Source: an uncultured virus (IMG/VR IMGVR_UViG_3300037245_004243) (lineage: Duplodnaviria; Heunggongvirae; Uroviricota; Caudoviricetes). Taken from it: a DNA stretch of 64,000 nt. Shown here in pieces: positions 7,769 to 18,272 of this stretch. How positions within the stretch are numbered: the stretch's first letter is position 1; each line of letters opens with the position of its first letter. The translations under genes were made by a program, and so were the position numbers. The notes beneath the pieces are model-generated. The model ran no database searches. It was not told the DNA's origin and saw nothing but the letters and a program-made list of their open reading frames with translations. The stretch covers positions 32,001-96,000 of the IMG/VR virus record IMGVR_UViG_3300037245_004243; one strand, written 5' to 3'.

Positions 7769-10700
7769 TTATTTCCACCAGTGCACCGTGCCGGACACCA
7801 CGGTAAAATTTGTGAATCTTACGGTTGCTGTTGGTTGTGAATCAACATTTGCTACATGTAATGAAATTCGGCCATGTTTGTCATCAAAATCAGTGAATGT
7901 ATATGCGCCCTGTGTTACCCAACCGCTGCCGATATCATAATATTCTGTGATTATATTATTAACCTTTTTAATTCTATACTTTATCCCGGTCAATGTTGAA
8001 TCAGCATCGGTGTCCGTCGTTTTCCATGCTGTATCTTCAATAGCTAAAGATTGAAATTCATGTGCGCCGCCGCCATACCTGCGCCTGGCAATAACACCCG
8101 TGTCCCATAACGGATCATCGGGTTGTCCGATTTGATCTTGAAAAGTCAAAGACACGCACGCCATCCAAGAATTTGTGGCTGGACCTGCCGGAATATCTAA
8201 TTCAATTATTACTTCAAAATCTTCCGTGCTATCCAATTCGAAATTACTTAAAACGCCCTGGCGCTCGAGAGAAACATCACCCGAATCAACCGTGCATTGC
8301 AAATATCCACCGGTCTGTGTAACGTTTGCGGCCTGGCCGATTACTGTCCACCGGTCGGTATTTATTTCCGCGCCGGAAAAATCATCATCAGGTATAATAA
8401 CATCGTATGTCATTAAAGTATCGAACAAGGTATAATAAGTTGCTTTTAACCACGCCGCCGAACGATCGATATCAGAAAGCCTTATTTCCCCAAGTAGACC
8501 CACCATCCTTAAATCAGGAGTTGACCTTCCAGCAGCCGTAAGGGGCACATCAGTATTATCTATGTCGCCTGTATGAGCCGTCGGGCCACTTGCCAAATTC
8601 AATGCGCCGTCAACATATGTCCTAAGATCGATTTTATTGTATACACCAGCAACGTATTGCCAATCTGTGCCAATAATCGAATCGTTACTATGGCAGTTGT
8701 ATAAAGTGGTCGAAGTAAATACGCCAAATGTTATTCTGTCGTTAACACCATTTAAAAATAGATAGTAATTCCTGTTGCCGGGGTCTATATCCCGCGCCAT
8801 GTACATTGTACTGTTGGGAGCACCGGCATCACGTTTTCCAAGTGCCTCCAGGGTAAGTTTGCCAGTAATATCAAGGGAAACGTTATCACCGTAATTCATC
8901 CATTGGGTATTAAAATCCAGTGCCTTTGCACTTTTCACACCATCGACTAAGTCATTAGAAGCCATGCCGTCTTGTGGAGTTCCATCATTACCGAAAGATG
9001 TCGAATCAAGCATACAACCCGCGCCGCCTGAAGGGTCTTGCGCCATATGATGGACTGCTTTAAAATTGCTATCCCATACCGCTTGCGCCGGGGTGTCGCC
9101 GATATCACCGACATAAATATTATCGACAATACTTGCATCATAACGGAAATTAAGTATTGTATCTGATGCCGCCAGAATCGATGGTATTTTTACCCATAAC
9201 GATATTTGTTCATTAATCGAGTCAAAATTTTCAATTTCTATCTTGCATTGGGTACCATCGGCAGTCGTGACCGCTAACTTTTTTCTGTTTGGATGACCGT
9301 TTGGCCATTCAATAGAATCAGCAGTAACAAGCAAATCATCAACAAACCCATAATATGTCCCGGTCGTTTCCTGTTCAAAAAGTAGCTCAATAACAGCGTC
9401 TTCGGTATTGGAATCTTCTACTTCCAAACCGGCTGTCGAACCATTCCATTTCCAATCATCTGTATCCCAATAATAAACCTTGACACTTCCAGAAATCCGT
9501 GTTATTTTAAATTGCCCTATTGAATCATCCATATTGTCCCAAACGAAACCCGATTCAAGCCCATAAGCATAATAACCATTATTACCCGACTTACGGGATC
9601 GCGAAATAAACCCTATTGGTGCATCAGCCAGATTGCGGATTGCAAGCCGGGGCATGTAATGTTGTGCAGAAGTTGGGTCTGAGGACGCAATATTAAAATT
9701 CATTTGGACTTCAAAATCCCCGGAAAGAACAAATTTTGAATCGATAATTGTTTGACGATATCCTGAATTTTGATCAAAATTAAAATATAACGTATTATTT
9801 TGAATTTCTAACTCGCCAGACACGCCACTTATAAAAGTCCAAATTTCACCGTCTTCAACTAAATCACCATCAGCGCCGGTAAAATCGTCACCGGTCCATG
9901 CCAACGCATCAAATACTTCAGTTGTATTCCCGCTTGTAATACCTGAAGCCGTTGAAAGGTTGATCATAACCGGAAAGTCGGTAAGGTCTTCATCAATCTG
10001 TGAACTATCAATCGTAAGTTCAATTTGATTGGCAAAACCCTGGGTATAAGCCGCCGTATTAAAAGTCATCAGGGTATCAAAGCAAGTATGATAAGTTGCC
10101 TTTGCCCAAGCGGCAGACCGCTGTGCTTTTGAATACCGACATTCGAAAACCTTGCCGGTCATAAAATATTCTGATGAATGAAAGACTTGACCATGACCTA
10201 TCTTCAAATCATCTTCAGAATCATCAATACCATTTAAACAGGGTGTTGCAGCGTCAACTCTTGACCAGTCGGTCGGATTTGTATCATTCCAAAAGATATC
10301 AACATCGCTACCATCGCCAGGATAATAAAACCCGAAATAATTTTTTGCATCCACCGCATAATCAGGAACATCTTTTTTATAGTAAGTATAAATACTTAAT
10401 GATTGTTTAAATCCGAAAAGTGGTTCACCACTTCCGTTAACCTGGAATCCCCATCCATTTATATTAGCATCCATCTTATTAAAAATATTTTGATTACTTG
10501 ATGGGGTACCAGTCAATTTAAATACTGTTTCAACTGAAAAATCAGTAAGTAAACTCAAAGCGGCATTATCGACTATATATGCCTTTTCATTTGACCCACC
10601 AAAATTATATGCTATTCCATCTTCATCAATGACCAAGTCGCTGGACTCCATATTAACCACAGTCATATCATGATCATAGGAAGTCGAATCTTTTAATGTT

Positions 10701-13700
10701 CCTAAACTTGGGTCTTGGGCCATGTGGTAAACTGCAACAAAGTCGTCATCCCATACCGCTTGCGCAGAGGCCTCGCCGGTATCACCAACATTAGGATTGT
10801 CGGCATGATCGGAGTCAAAATATAGAAATAATTTAGTGTCGGTCCCCGCCAGAATTTCAGGCACCTTTACCCACAATTCAGCTTTTTCATTTGCATTATC
10901 CCAATGGATGATTTCCACCGGGCATTCACTTAAACCATCAGCACGGGTAACCGCTATCTTTTTACGGTTTGGATGTGTGCCTGGTGCCCATATAAGCGTG
11001 CCGGAATTTACAACAAAATTGTCGATAGTGCCCTGAACGTCTTCACCGCTTTCTTGTTCCCAATAAAACCTAAAATAAACGTCTTCCGTTGAACCCGGTC
11101 CATTATTTGCGACAATTATTCCCGCCGTATTCCCGTCCCATTCCCATTGACCGCCAGCAGTATCAGTCCAATAAAATGATCGTATCACACCGCTAATCCG
11201 AGTTAAACGTAATTTTCCGAAAGCATCAGCAGGGCCTTTATAAGCGCCCCCTTCATTTAAACCATATGCACGGTACTGATTAAGCGACGCACTTCGCACC
11301 CTTGCAATTTGGGCAATATTAACGTCATCGGAAACACGCATAGCTTGAAAAGATGGACAATAATGCGTGCCAGGTGGTTGTGTAAACTGATCGGCGGTAA
11401 AGTCCACGGATACATCGAAATCGCCCGTTGCCTGAAATTTGCCTATAATACGCGCTATTATTTGTGGACTTGCAATAGCCGACGCATCAAATTCGAATTT
11501 ATTATTCTGAATAGAAGTGACAGAATCGTCGTCTTCCACATCCCACAAATCAGTATCCGGTGACGCGCCGTCTTCACCGGTAAAATCGTCACCGGTATAT
11601 GCCAACGCATCAAATACTTCCGTTATATCGCCGTTTCCAATAGCTGAATCAGAAAGATTTATCATAACCGGAAAGTCGGTCAAGTCTTCATCAATATTTG
11701 ACTTATCGATTACAAGTTCAATCCTATTTGCGTAATCGAGAGCGCTGAGCGCATATGTTATCAGCGTATCAAAAAATGTATGATAAGTTGCTTTTAACCA
11801 CGCCGCCGAACGAATCATTTTTGATATTCTTATTTCACCGATTAGACCGTCAAATTCCCTATCACCACCATCCCTAATGCCTATTTTTGTGGTCGCTGGA
11901 GCATCAGAATCCCAAGTGCCAGAAGGTGCGGTCGATTCAACTTGATTACTGCCATCACCATTAAGATAAACTATTGGGTCATTATTAATTGAACTTTTAT
12001 CATGGGTAAACGCGCCATGATACCAGGTGTTTCCATCGGTTATTAATGCATCAGAATTATACCATTGACCGACGCCGCCGCTTGAATCCCTAACAACAAC
12101 AAGGCCGCTTGAATGTACAAGAAATGACCAACCATTGTTTGGTGAAACTGTTTTGTCTACAATTCGCCCGGAATTGTTTTGACCAAGATTATCAGCTTTA
12201 AATACCGATTCAACAGTCATTAAAGCTATATCATCAAGAATGGCGCCACTTCCAGCACTGAAGTATTCATCTGATCCGCTTAAATTCACCGCTTTTATAC
12301 TTTTTAGGCCATCAACTAAGTCTGGAGTGCCTGTGGCATCTGCATCCTGATTGTTGCCAGTACTTTCAGGAATTAAAATTGCATCTGTCATATGGTAAAC
12401 AGTAACAAAGTCAGAATCCCATACCGCTTGCGCCGGGGTGTCGCCGATATCACCAATATAATCTGTATTGTCCGCTTTGGTCGAATCATACAATAAATTT
12501 AAAACTGTATCGGATGCCGCCAATACAGATGGAATTTTTGCATGTAAAGAAGCCGTTTTGGTTGCCGCATTCCAATTGGCTATTTCAACATTATATTCGG
12601 TGTTCCTGCTCGAATTTTGAACCGAAATCTTTTTGCGGTTTGGGTCGGTTGCTGCTGGCCAAATTACATTACCCACCACAACCGCAAAATTGCTTAATTC
12701 AAAAGTCACGTTCACGGCATTCTGCTTACTAATCATGAAATTGACGTGACCATCTTCATTATCGAAATCGGTAAATGAATAGGTTTGTGATAACACCCAA
12801 CCGGACCCGGCATCATAATAGCAACTTATATCATTTCCTATTTTTACCTGTCTAAGTTTACCGGACATGGTCGTATTGACATCGGTATCGGTCGTTTTAA
12901 ATGAACCATCTTCAGCCGCTAATGATTGCCAAACATGACCACCATTACCTGAATTATAACTCCTTCGACTAAAAACTAATGTATCCCAAGCGCCGCCATA
13001 AGGGTCACCGGTTTGTTCTTTAAAATTTACCAACATATCAGCATAAAATGCATTTGTAGAAGGGGCAGTCATGGTAAAATCAACCGTTATTTCATAATCT
13101 TGACTTTGATCAAGTCGAAATTTACTATAACAACCATGTATTTCATTATCTGCACCGCCCGATAGCGCCCTGACCGTTAAGACATTATCTGATACAAACA
13201 CATTGCTGGCAATCCCAAATTTTGTCCAATTATCTAAATTAGAAAAATCATCGCCGGTCCATGCCAGGTCATCAAATAGCGCCGTTAAATCAGCATCATT
13301 AATTCCTGAAGCCGCTGAAAGGTTGATCATAACCGGGAAGTCGGTCAAGTCTTCATCAATCTGTGAACTATCAATCGTTAAAATAATTGGGTTATTAACA
13401 CTTTCAAAAACACTAATGCCCTTGTCAATAGCACTGGTTGCAGCGGTTACTATCGATGGTGAAGACACAAATTCAATTTCTTCTTGGGTACCAATATCAC
13501 TGATCGTGCCGGATACTATCGATGCGCTCGAGCCAAATTCCCTTTGTGCATTAGCATCAGATGAAATATCGGTCCCGATGGAAGGCGAAGATACAAAATA
13601 GGAAGATATTTCAATTATCGCCGTTATATCCGAAACGATATCAGCCTGGGCCGCAAAAGCCCAACCATAGTCAATTGTGCTACTTAAATATCCGGTCTGT

Positions 13701-14416
13701 ATATCAGCCTGGGATGCAAAAATGCGCTCAGCGAGCCCAACGCTAATGATCGAAGTTTGAATGGCCGGGGAAGATGTGGTCCCAACATAATATTCTATAT
13801 TTGGATCGGTAATATCCGAAACGATATCGGCACCGGATGCAAAACGTCCACCGAATATCACATCGCCGGTAATCGAGAATGTAATTGAAGGAGCAGAGAT
13901 AAAATGATATTGGCGCTCAAAATCCGAGCTTATATCCGAGCTAATCGAAGCCGCTGAAACGAAAAGATTTATTTTATAGATATCACCATCGATATCGGAG
14001 GAGATATCGGCCTGTGCCGCCAGCTCGCGCCGCGCATCAGCATCAGAAACAATCGCCGCGCGAATCACAGGTGAAGACACAAATAATTTTTCAGCTCGAA
14101 CGGTAATTTCAGCAATTGTTGAAACTATTGAAGCCGCTGAAACGAAAAGATTTGATTTATAAATATCGGTGTCGGCGCCGGACCCAATAATAGCACTCGA
14201 AGCAAAGTGTCGTTCAGCATTACCCTTGCCAACAATTCCCGTCACGATATTAGGCCGGGAATGAAAGTCTGGAGTTCCCAAACGACTGCTCGAGTTGTCC
14301 CAGGTTATCCTGGCCAAAACCAGAAAGGTACCGGGGCCACACCAGGAAGTTAAATCCTCGGTGATTTCAGTCTCTATGGCATCCCGTTTATAGCTGTTTT
14401 CAGGTATTATTCGCAT
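7769..14416 (-). CDS. giant virion-associated protein: N-terminal ~21-aa repeats, three DUF2341-like plus LamG/ConA-like modules, terminal lectin-like domain
   Basis: IDEDLTDFPVMINLS, AQAVWD..F..V.HM and RSAAW.KATY.T.FDTL each occur three times; LamG-like W...A...Y.(N/D)G...G..GEIR.S segments. Confidence 0.75.
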   Translation of the reverse strand: MRIIPENSYKRDAIETEITEDLTSWCGPGTFLVLARITWDNSSSRLGTPDFHSRPNIVTGIVGKGNAERHFASSAIIGSGADTDIYKSNLFVSAASIVSTIAEITVRAEKLFVSSPVIRAAIVSDADARRELAAQADISSDIDGDIYKINLFVSAASISSDISSDFERQYHFISAPSITFSITGDVIFGGRFASGADIVSDITDPNIEYYVGTTSSPAIQTSIISVGLAERIFASQADIQTGYLSSTIDYGWAFAAQADIVSDITAIIEISSYFVSSPSIGTDISSDANAQREFGSSASIVSGTISDIGTQEEIEFVSSPSIVTAATSAIDKGISVFESVNNPIILTIDSSQIDEDLTDFPVMINLSAASGINDADLTALFDDLAWTGDDFSNLDNWTKFGIASNVFVSDNVLTVRALSGGADNEIHGCYSKFRLDQSQDYEITVDFTMTAPSTNAFYADMLVNFKEQTGDPYGGAWDTLVFSRRSYNSGNGGHVWQSLAAEDGSFKTTDTDVNTTMSGKLRQVKIGNDISCYYDAGSGWVLSQTYSFTDFDNEDGHVNFMISKQNAVNVTFELSNFAVVVGNVIWPAATDPNRKKISVQNSSRNTEYNVEIANWNAATKTASLHAKIPSVLAASDTVLNLLYDSTKADNTDYIGDIGDTPAQAVWDSDFVTVYHMTDAILIPESTGNNQDADATGTPDLVDGLKSIKAVNLSGSDEYFSAGSGAILDDIALMTVESVFKADNLGQNNSGRIVDKTVSPNNGWSFLVHSSGLVVVRDSSGGVGQWYNSDALITDGNTWYHGAFTHDKSSINNDPIVYLNGDGSNQVESTAPSGTWDSDAPATTKIGIRDGGDREFDGLIGEIRISKMIRSAAWLKATYHTFFDTLITYALSALDYANRIELVIDKSNIDEDLTDFPVMINLSDSAIGNGDITEVFDALAYTGDDFTGEDGASPDTDLWDVEDDDSVTSIQNNKFEFDASAIASPQIIARIIGKFQATGDFDVSVDFTADQFTQPPGTHYCPSFQAMRVSDDVNIAQIARVRSASLNQYRAYGLNEGGAYKGPADAFGKLRLTRISGVIRSFYWTDTAGGQWEWDGNTAGIIVANNGPGSTEDVYFRFYWEQESGEDVQGTIDNFVVNSGTLIWAPGTHPNRKKIAVTRADGLSECPVEIIHWDNANEKAELWVKVPEILAGTDTKLFLYFDSDHADNPNVGDTGEASAQAVWDDDFVAVYHMAQDPSLGTLKDSTSYDHDMTVVNMESSDLVIDEDGIAYNFGGSNEKAYIVDNAALSLLTDFSVETVFKLTGTPSSNQNIFNKMDANINGWGFQVNGSGEPLFGFKQSLSIYTYYKKDVPDYAVDAKNYFGFYYPGDGSDVDIFWNDTNPTDWSRVDAATPCLNGIDDSEDDLKIGHGQVFHSSEYFMTGKVFECRYSKAQRSAAWAKATYHTCFDTLMTFNTAAYTQGFANQIELTIDSSQIDEDLTDFPVMINLSTASGITSGNTTEVFDALAWTGDDFTGADGDLVEDGEIWTFISGVSGELEIQNNTLYFNFDQNSGYRQTIIDSKFVLSGDFEVQMNFNIASSDPTSAQHYMPRLAIRNLADAPIGFISRSRKSGNNGYYAYGLESGFVWDNMDDSIGQFKITRISGSVKVYYWDTDDWKWNGSTAGLEVEDSNTEDAVIELLFEQETTGTYYGFVDDLLVTADSIEWPNGHPNRKKLAVTTADGTQCKIEIENFDSINEQISLWVKIPSILAASDTILNFRYDASIVDNIYVGDIGDTPAQAVWDSNFKAVHHMAQDPSGGAGCMLDSTSFGNDGTPQDGMASNDLVDGVKSAKALDFNTQWMNYGDNVSLDITGKLTLEALGKRDAGAPNSTMYMARDIDPGNRNYYLFLNGVNDRITFGVFTSTTLYNCHSNDSIIGTDWQYVAGVYNKIDLRTYVDGALNLASGPTAHTGDIDNTDVPLTAAGRSTPDLRMVGLLGEIRLSDIDRSAAWLKATYYTLFDTLMTYDVIIPDDDFSGAEINTDRWTVIGQAANVTQTGGYLQCTVDSGDVSLERQGVLSNFELDSTEDFEVIIELDIPAGPATNSWMACVSLTFQDQIGQPDDPLWDTGVIARRRYGGGAHEFQSLAIEDTAWKTTDTDADSTLTGIKYRIKKVNNIITEYYDIGSGWVTQGAYTFTDFDDKHGRISLHVANVDSQPTATVRFTNFTVVSGTVHWWK

Positions 14417-14421
14417 ACTGT

Positions 14422-14610
14422 CTAACCCTGGTTAATGTCACCAATAATTGTTGTTTGGACCCTGGCAAGAATCCTGAAATCACCCCATTCACATAGCGAA
14501 ATGCAATCAGGGAGTTCAGTTATTTCGGTATCGATGGAATTCCATAGATAATCATCTTCATTTTCGGGCTCGGGGACGATTTCTGTCCATGGGAAAATTT
14601 TTGTTGCCAT
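14422..14610 (-). CDS. hypothetical protein similar to the N-terminus of the giant protein
   Basis: SIDTEITE....SLCEWGDFRILARV resembles AIETEITE..TSWCGPGTFLVLARI. Confidence 0.6.
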   Translation of the reverse strand: MATKIFPWTEIVPEPENEDDYLWNSIDTEITELPDCISLCEWGDFRILARVQTTIIGDINQG

Positions 14611-14612
14611 TA

Positions 14613-14759
14613 TTACCTTTGGATATCGGTTTTGATACCGGTCTGAATATCGGCCTGAACTGAAAATTTTCTAAGCCCGGTCGAAAATGTAATGCCTTTA
14701 CCACCGCCAGAATCAACGGGACGCGATTTAAACGAATTTAAAATTTTTATAGATGCCAT
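14613..14759 (-). CDS. 48-aa protein with one copy of the F-x-QADI repeat (not in ORF track)
   Basis: MASIKILNSFKS...RKFSVQADIQTGIKTDIQR*; ATG overlaps the gp15 stop. Confidence 0.5.
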   Translation of the reverse strand: MASIKILNSFKSRPVDSGGGKGITFSTGLRKFSVQADIQTGIKTDIQR

Positions 14760-15529
14760 TAATTCTCCGTATTGGTCGTTATAACAACATTTACTGACAT
14801 CGCACCATCCGCCTCTCTTTCAAGAGCAGTTATTTCGTTGAAAGTATGATTAATATTTGCAATATCCAGGCACCGGTTGCTGTCATCAGTAAAACGAATA
14901 TTGATAATTTTGATAATGCTCTCGTCTTTGATCGGCGGATAAAGATAACCTTTTATCGTGAAATCAATATCGGCCATAACTGTGCGATCTTCTTCAGGGC
15001 CGAATTCATTTGTAATATCCAGGTTCATCTGGTTCAAAACTATGGATATGTTTCGACGGATTCCTAACTCAGGAATCTCCTCCACAATTAAGGTATAATC
15101 TGGTTTGAAAAAGGTACCGACCTGCTCGATGATTTGCATCATATCATCTGTGTATTCGGTCCAGATAGAAAACTGCACCGAGAAATTATACGGCACCGGG
15201 GTATACATGAAAATTTCCCGGTCACCATCCATTTCAATCGGTATCTCATTTAGCTGTGGCTCTTTCCGGCTCACGTCTGGAGCAAGCGCAGTAATCAGAA
15301 AACTCATCCGAGGCAGTGTCGTGCTGATATGACGGCTTGATGTTCCAGATTCATTTTGCAGCAAATAAAACATTTTCGATTTGCCGACATATGAACACGG
15401 GACGACAATATCCTTGATTATTTTATTGTCTTTATCCCGCCGCAATACATGAACATCTTCAAAAATATGATGGAATGCCACGACATATTTTTTGATCATT
15501 TCCCAATAAAAGTGTTTTTGTGATAACAT
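14759..15529 (-). CDS. gp15: tail terminator / sheath stabiliser, T4 gp15-like
   Basis: HFY...IKKYVVAF..IF, TLPRMSF, PVPYN, QIIEQV..FF.P, KGYLYPP. Confidence 0.92.
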   Translation of the reverse strand: MLSQKHFYWEMIKKYVVAFHHIFEDVHVLRRDKDNKIIKDIVVPCSYVGKSKMFYLLQNESGTSSRHISTTLPRMSFLITALAPDVSRKEPQLNEIPIEMDGDREIFMYTPVPYNFSVQFSIWTEYTDDMMQIIEQVGTFFKPDYTLIVEEIPELGIRRNISIVLNQMNLDITNEFGPEEDRTVMADIDFTIKGYLYPPIKDESIIKIINIRFTDDSNRCLDIANINHTFNEITALEREADGAMSVNVVITTNTEN

Positions 15530-15789
15530 TACATCTCCATTTTGCCGTCAATAAATCGCTTCGGCTTTATCATTCCCGTGATTTTTGGATCATTTAAGGT
15601 GACAATCCATTCGCCGTCTTTGCTGTACATAAAAACCGGTTTGCCTGGATTCTCCTTGCTGAGTTTGATGCTCTTATCCTCTGCGGCGCCCAATGATTTT
15701 TTCTGTCCAATATCACGTTTTTTTGATTTTTTGGTATGCCGCATTGATAGCGCCGAAGCCTCTATTAAAATATCCCTGTAAGTTTTCAT
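15529..15789 (-). CDS. putative internal head protein with CTS-like leader
   Basis: Begins MKTYRDILIE|A. Confidence 0.65.
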   Translation of the reverse strand: MKTYRDILIEASALSMRHTKKSKKRDIGQKKSLGAAEDKSIKLSKENPGKPVFMYSKDGEWIVTLNDPKITGMIKPKRFIDGKMEM

Positions 15790-17352
15790 TTAACTCCCCG
15801 ACGCGCCGCTTGATCGTTGAAGGCCGAGAGCGTCATCGTTCTCAGTTTGTCTATCAAGGGGTGTTGCCACTGTATTACTTTGATTTATTTGCATCATATC
15901 ACCCGCCGATTGCTGCTTTTTAAAATCGCGCAATGCCTCTTCATTAGCAATTCTCTGTTTGATACCTTCCTGGCCAACCGCCGAGACTCCTTTTCGCATT
16001 GCCGCGAGATTAACATTTCCTGATTTTATTCGCTCAGCTCGAGCATTTTCATCTGAAATTCTGCCGGCAGATTCTTTCCCCCAATCGAATACTTTACTGA
16101 AAAATCCACCGATTGCGTCCATAGAATTTTTGAATTTATCAATTTCTTGAGTTTTCAAATTCTCCATTTCTGCATCAGTCAAGTCCCAAGTTGCTAACTT
16201 TTTTACCATATCGATTGCGGATACTTCCGATATATCTCCCTTCGCAGCCGCCTCTGATTTTACTTGTTCTTCCTGTGCCAACCTGTCCCTAACCGATCTC
16301 AGCTTTTTTATGATTAAGCCCACGGGATCTTGAAAAAGCATAATGGTATTATCAATGAATTCATCTATTCCTGCGTAAAAATCCTGAACAGCTAAATTTA
16401 AATCAAACCCTAAAGTATTCGTTAAAAGGCCCTGTATACTGGCATTAAATTTTTCTAAAAGGGTGTTGGTTTTCCCGCGCAGACTCTCGATATCTTCCGG
16501 ACTCAGCATACCCATTGTTAAATTACTGAGGGTCTCGTCGATTTTTCCTGCGAGGCCATTTGTTGAGTCATTCCAGATTTCAGAGAAAGAATCCCACGCC
16601 TTACCAATTGCCACCTCAATTTTATCCATTGCACCAACGAGAAATTCCTTGGATATTAAACCGAATGTTAGAGTCGAGGCCATCTTACCAATGCCACTTT
16701 TAAATTTATCAATTACGGATGCGTCTTCACCGGCCTCTTTCCAGCCCTTCATAAAATGGAATCCAGCAAGCCCAACCAGTGCCGGGAAAAATATACCTTT
16801 CGCCAACCCTTTAACGCCGCCCAGGAGACCCTTTATTCCTTTGCCAGCCATCAAGCCGCCAAATAGACCTCCCATGCCTCCGCCAAAAAAGCTCCTCGAT
16901 GATTTCGAATCGGCCTTTGCCAAAGCAGCAGAATCATCCTCTTTATCAACGAGGTCTTCAAGAAGGGTATTCGTGCGCTTATTGATATTTAAGTCGGCCT
17001 CGCGCTCGGATTCCTTTAGAAATTCATTATGCTCATCTTTGGCAGCAAATCGATTGTTCATTTTTAATTCATCGACAACATCATCAATTGCTGATACTTG
17101 GTCATCAGAGTGATCTTGCATTTGACCAAATGCCGATTTAATCGAGTCACCGGTTGCTTTGATAGAATTTTTTAATTGTGTATTAACCATACTCGAGAAA
17201 TTGCCCATAATTTCCTGGACATTTTTATTTAGTGCCGCCGTCTCACTTGGGGAGAGGTGATCAGATAGACCTTTCTCGCCGCCGCCATCATCCATATGGG
17301 CAAGGTGCCGGTTAATATCTTTTAAAATTCTTGTTTCTGTTGAATCAGCCAT
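15790..17352 (-). CDS. probable tape measure / baseplate hub (gp29-like)
   Basis: 520-aa helical protein with a Gly-rich hydrophobic middle, downstream of gp26/gp51. Confidence 0.6.
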   Translation of the reverse strand: MADSTETRILKDINRHLAHMDDGGGEKGLSDHLSPSETAALNKNVQEIMGNFSSMVNTQLKNSIKATGDSIKSAFGQMQDHSDDQVSAIDDVVDELKMNNRFAAKDEHNEFLKESEREADLNINKRTNTLLEDLVDKEDDSAALAKADSKSSRSFFGGGMGGLFGGLMAGKGIKGLLGGVKGLAKGIFFPALVGLAGFHFMKGWKEAGEDASVIDKFKSGIGKMASTLTFGLISKEFLVGAMDKIEVAIGKAWDSFSEIWNDSTNGLAGKIDETLSNLTMGMLSPEDIESLRGKTNTLLEKFNASIQGLLTNTLGFDLNLAVQDFYAGIDEFIDNTIMLFQDPVGLIIKKLRSVRDRLAQEEQVKSEAAAKGDISEVSAIDMVKKLATWDLTDAEMENLKTQEIDKFKNSMDAIGGFFSKVFDWGKESAGRISDENARAERIKSGNVNLAAMRKGVSAVGQEGIKQRIANEEALRDFKKQQSAGDMMQINQSNTVATPLDRQTENDDALGLQRSSGASGS

Positions 17353-17524
17353 TTTTATCCCGCTGTTGTTTTTCTTCTTCCATTGCTTGCAGTGTTAATG
17401 CCGTAAAAATTTCCATTTCATATGGTAATAACTTCATTAATTCGGCATGCTTATAATTGCCATACCGGGTCATATTAAAGACTTCTTTATAATAATTTAC
17501 TATAGTTTTATATTTCCCAATCAA
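17345..17524 (-). CDS. gp51: baseplate hub assembly protein, gp51-like (not in ORF track)
   Basis: NYYKEVFNMTRYGNY...ELMKLLPYEMEIF..L resembles short gp51 homologs. The start is TTG 17524 or a -1 frameshift from gp26. Confidence 0.7.
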   Translation of the reverse strand: MIGKYKTIVNYYKEVFNMTRYGNYKHAELMKLLPYEMEIFTALTLQAMEEEKQQRDKNG

Positions 17525-18246
17525 TTTAAGTATTTTAAAAAGTCACGTATAATATACTGTTCCTTATTCCCGCATCCAATTTGCTGACCTTCATTGGCTT
17601 TCTTTTCGCATTCGATATCCAATTTCAATGTCATTTTGACCAAGGTAGCCGACACCGCAAATATCTTTTTAAGAATCGGGAAGGTCAAACTGATTTTTTT
17701 CTTGAGGGTCTCCGGAGTGAATTCGGTATAGATATCATCTTTCCAGAAAACTTTATTAATCGAATGTACCGCCGTCTCAAGCATCAAATCGGTTTCGGTT
17801 TTGATGTCCTCAACTTTATACAAAAACCCCATTTTTACCGGGACAATTTCGAACGATAAATTATCATCAATTTTGCAGATCGCTTTTACATTTTCTGCAT
17901 TATCGGTGACTATTTTATCCTCTATATTGACGGATAATTCTATCGGGTTTTCACACTTTTTACATTTGGTTGTGATATCGAGGATCTCACCTTTAGATTT
18001 GCTCCGCAGGTTAACCGCGATAAATATGAATTCCATTGCGGTAAGTTTATCAAAATCGACGCTGTCTCCGCAGACCCCAATCAATTTTATATAATTGTTG
18101 ACAATTGCTGAGACGTCGTTTGAATCAAGTGCCGTTAAAATACTACGCTCCTGATCGACGGTGTATGGCACAAATTTGAATTCAGTATTTTGAACAGGTA
18201 AAACGATTGTGTGAACAGGTAAAACATTAATCTCGGGTAAATCCAT
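17521..18246 (-). CDS. gp26: baseplate hub subunit, gp26-like
   Basis: LP.I..P....LP, PYTV.QE..IL.A, EFIF..NLRSKSKGE, CKKC. Confidence 0.85.
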   Translation of the reverse strand: MDLPEINVLPVHTIVLPVQNTEFKFVPYTVDQERSILTALDSNDVSAIVNNYIKLIGVCGDSVDFDKLTAMEFIFIAVNLRSKSKGEILDITTKCKKCENPIELSVNIEDKIVTDNAENVKAICKIDDNLSFEIVPVKMGFLYKVEDIKTETDLMLETAVHSINKVFWKDDIYTEFTPETLKKKISLTFPILKKIFAVSATLVKMTLKLDIECEKKANEGQQIGCGNKEQYIIRDFLKYLN

Positions 18247-18272
18247 CTCATTCTCCTTTCAAATAATTAAAA

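Noticed and set aside
7756-7770. GGTAAATA five bases before the gp16 ATG (leaderless late transcript?)
   Set aside because: It is equally explained as the AAGGT ribosome-binding site used by many late genes here.
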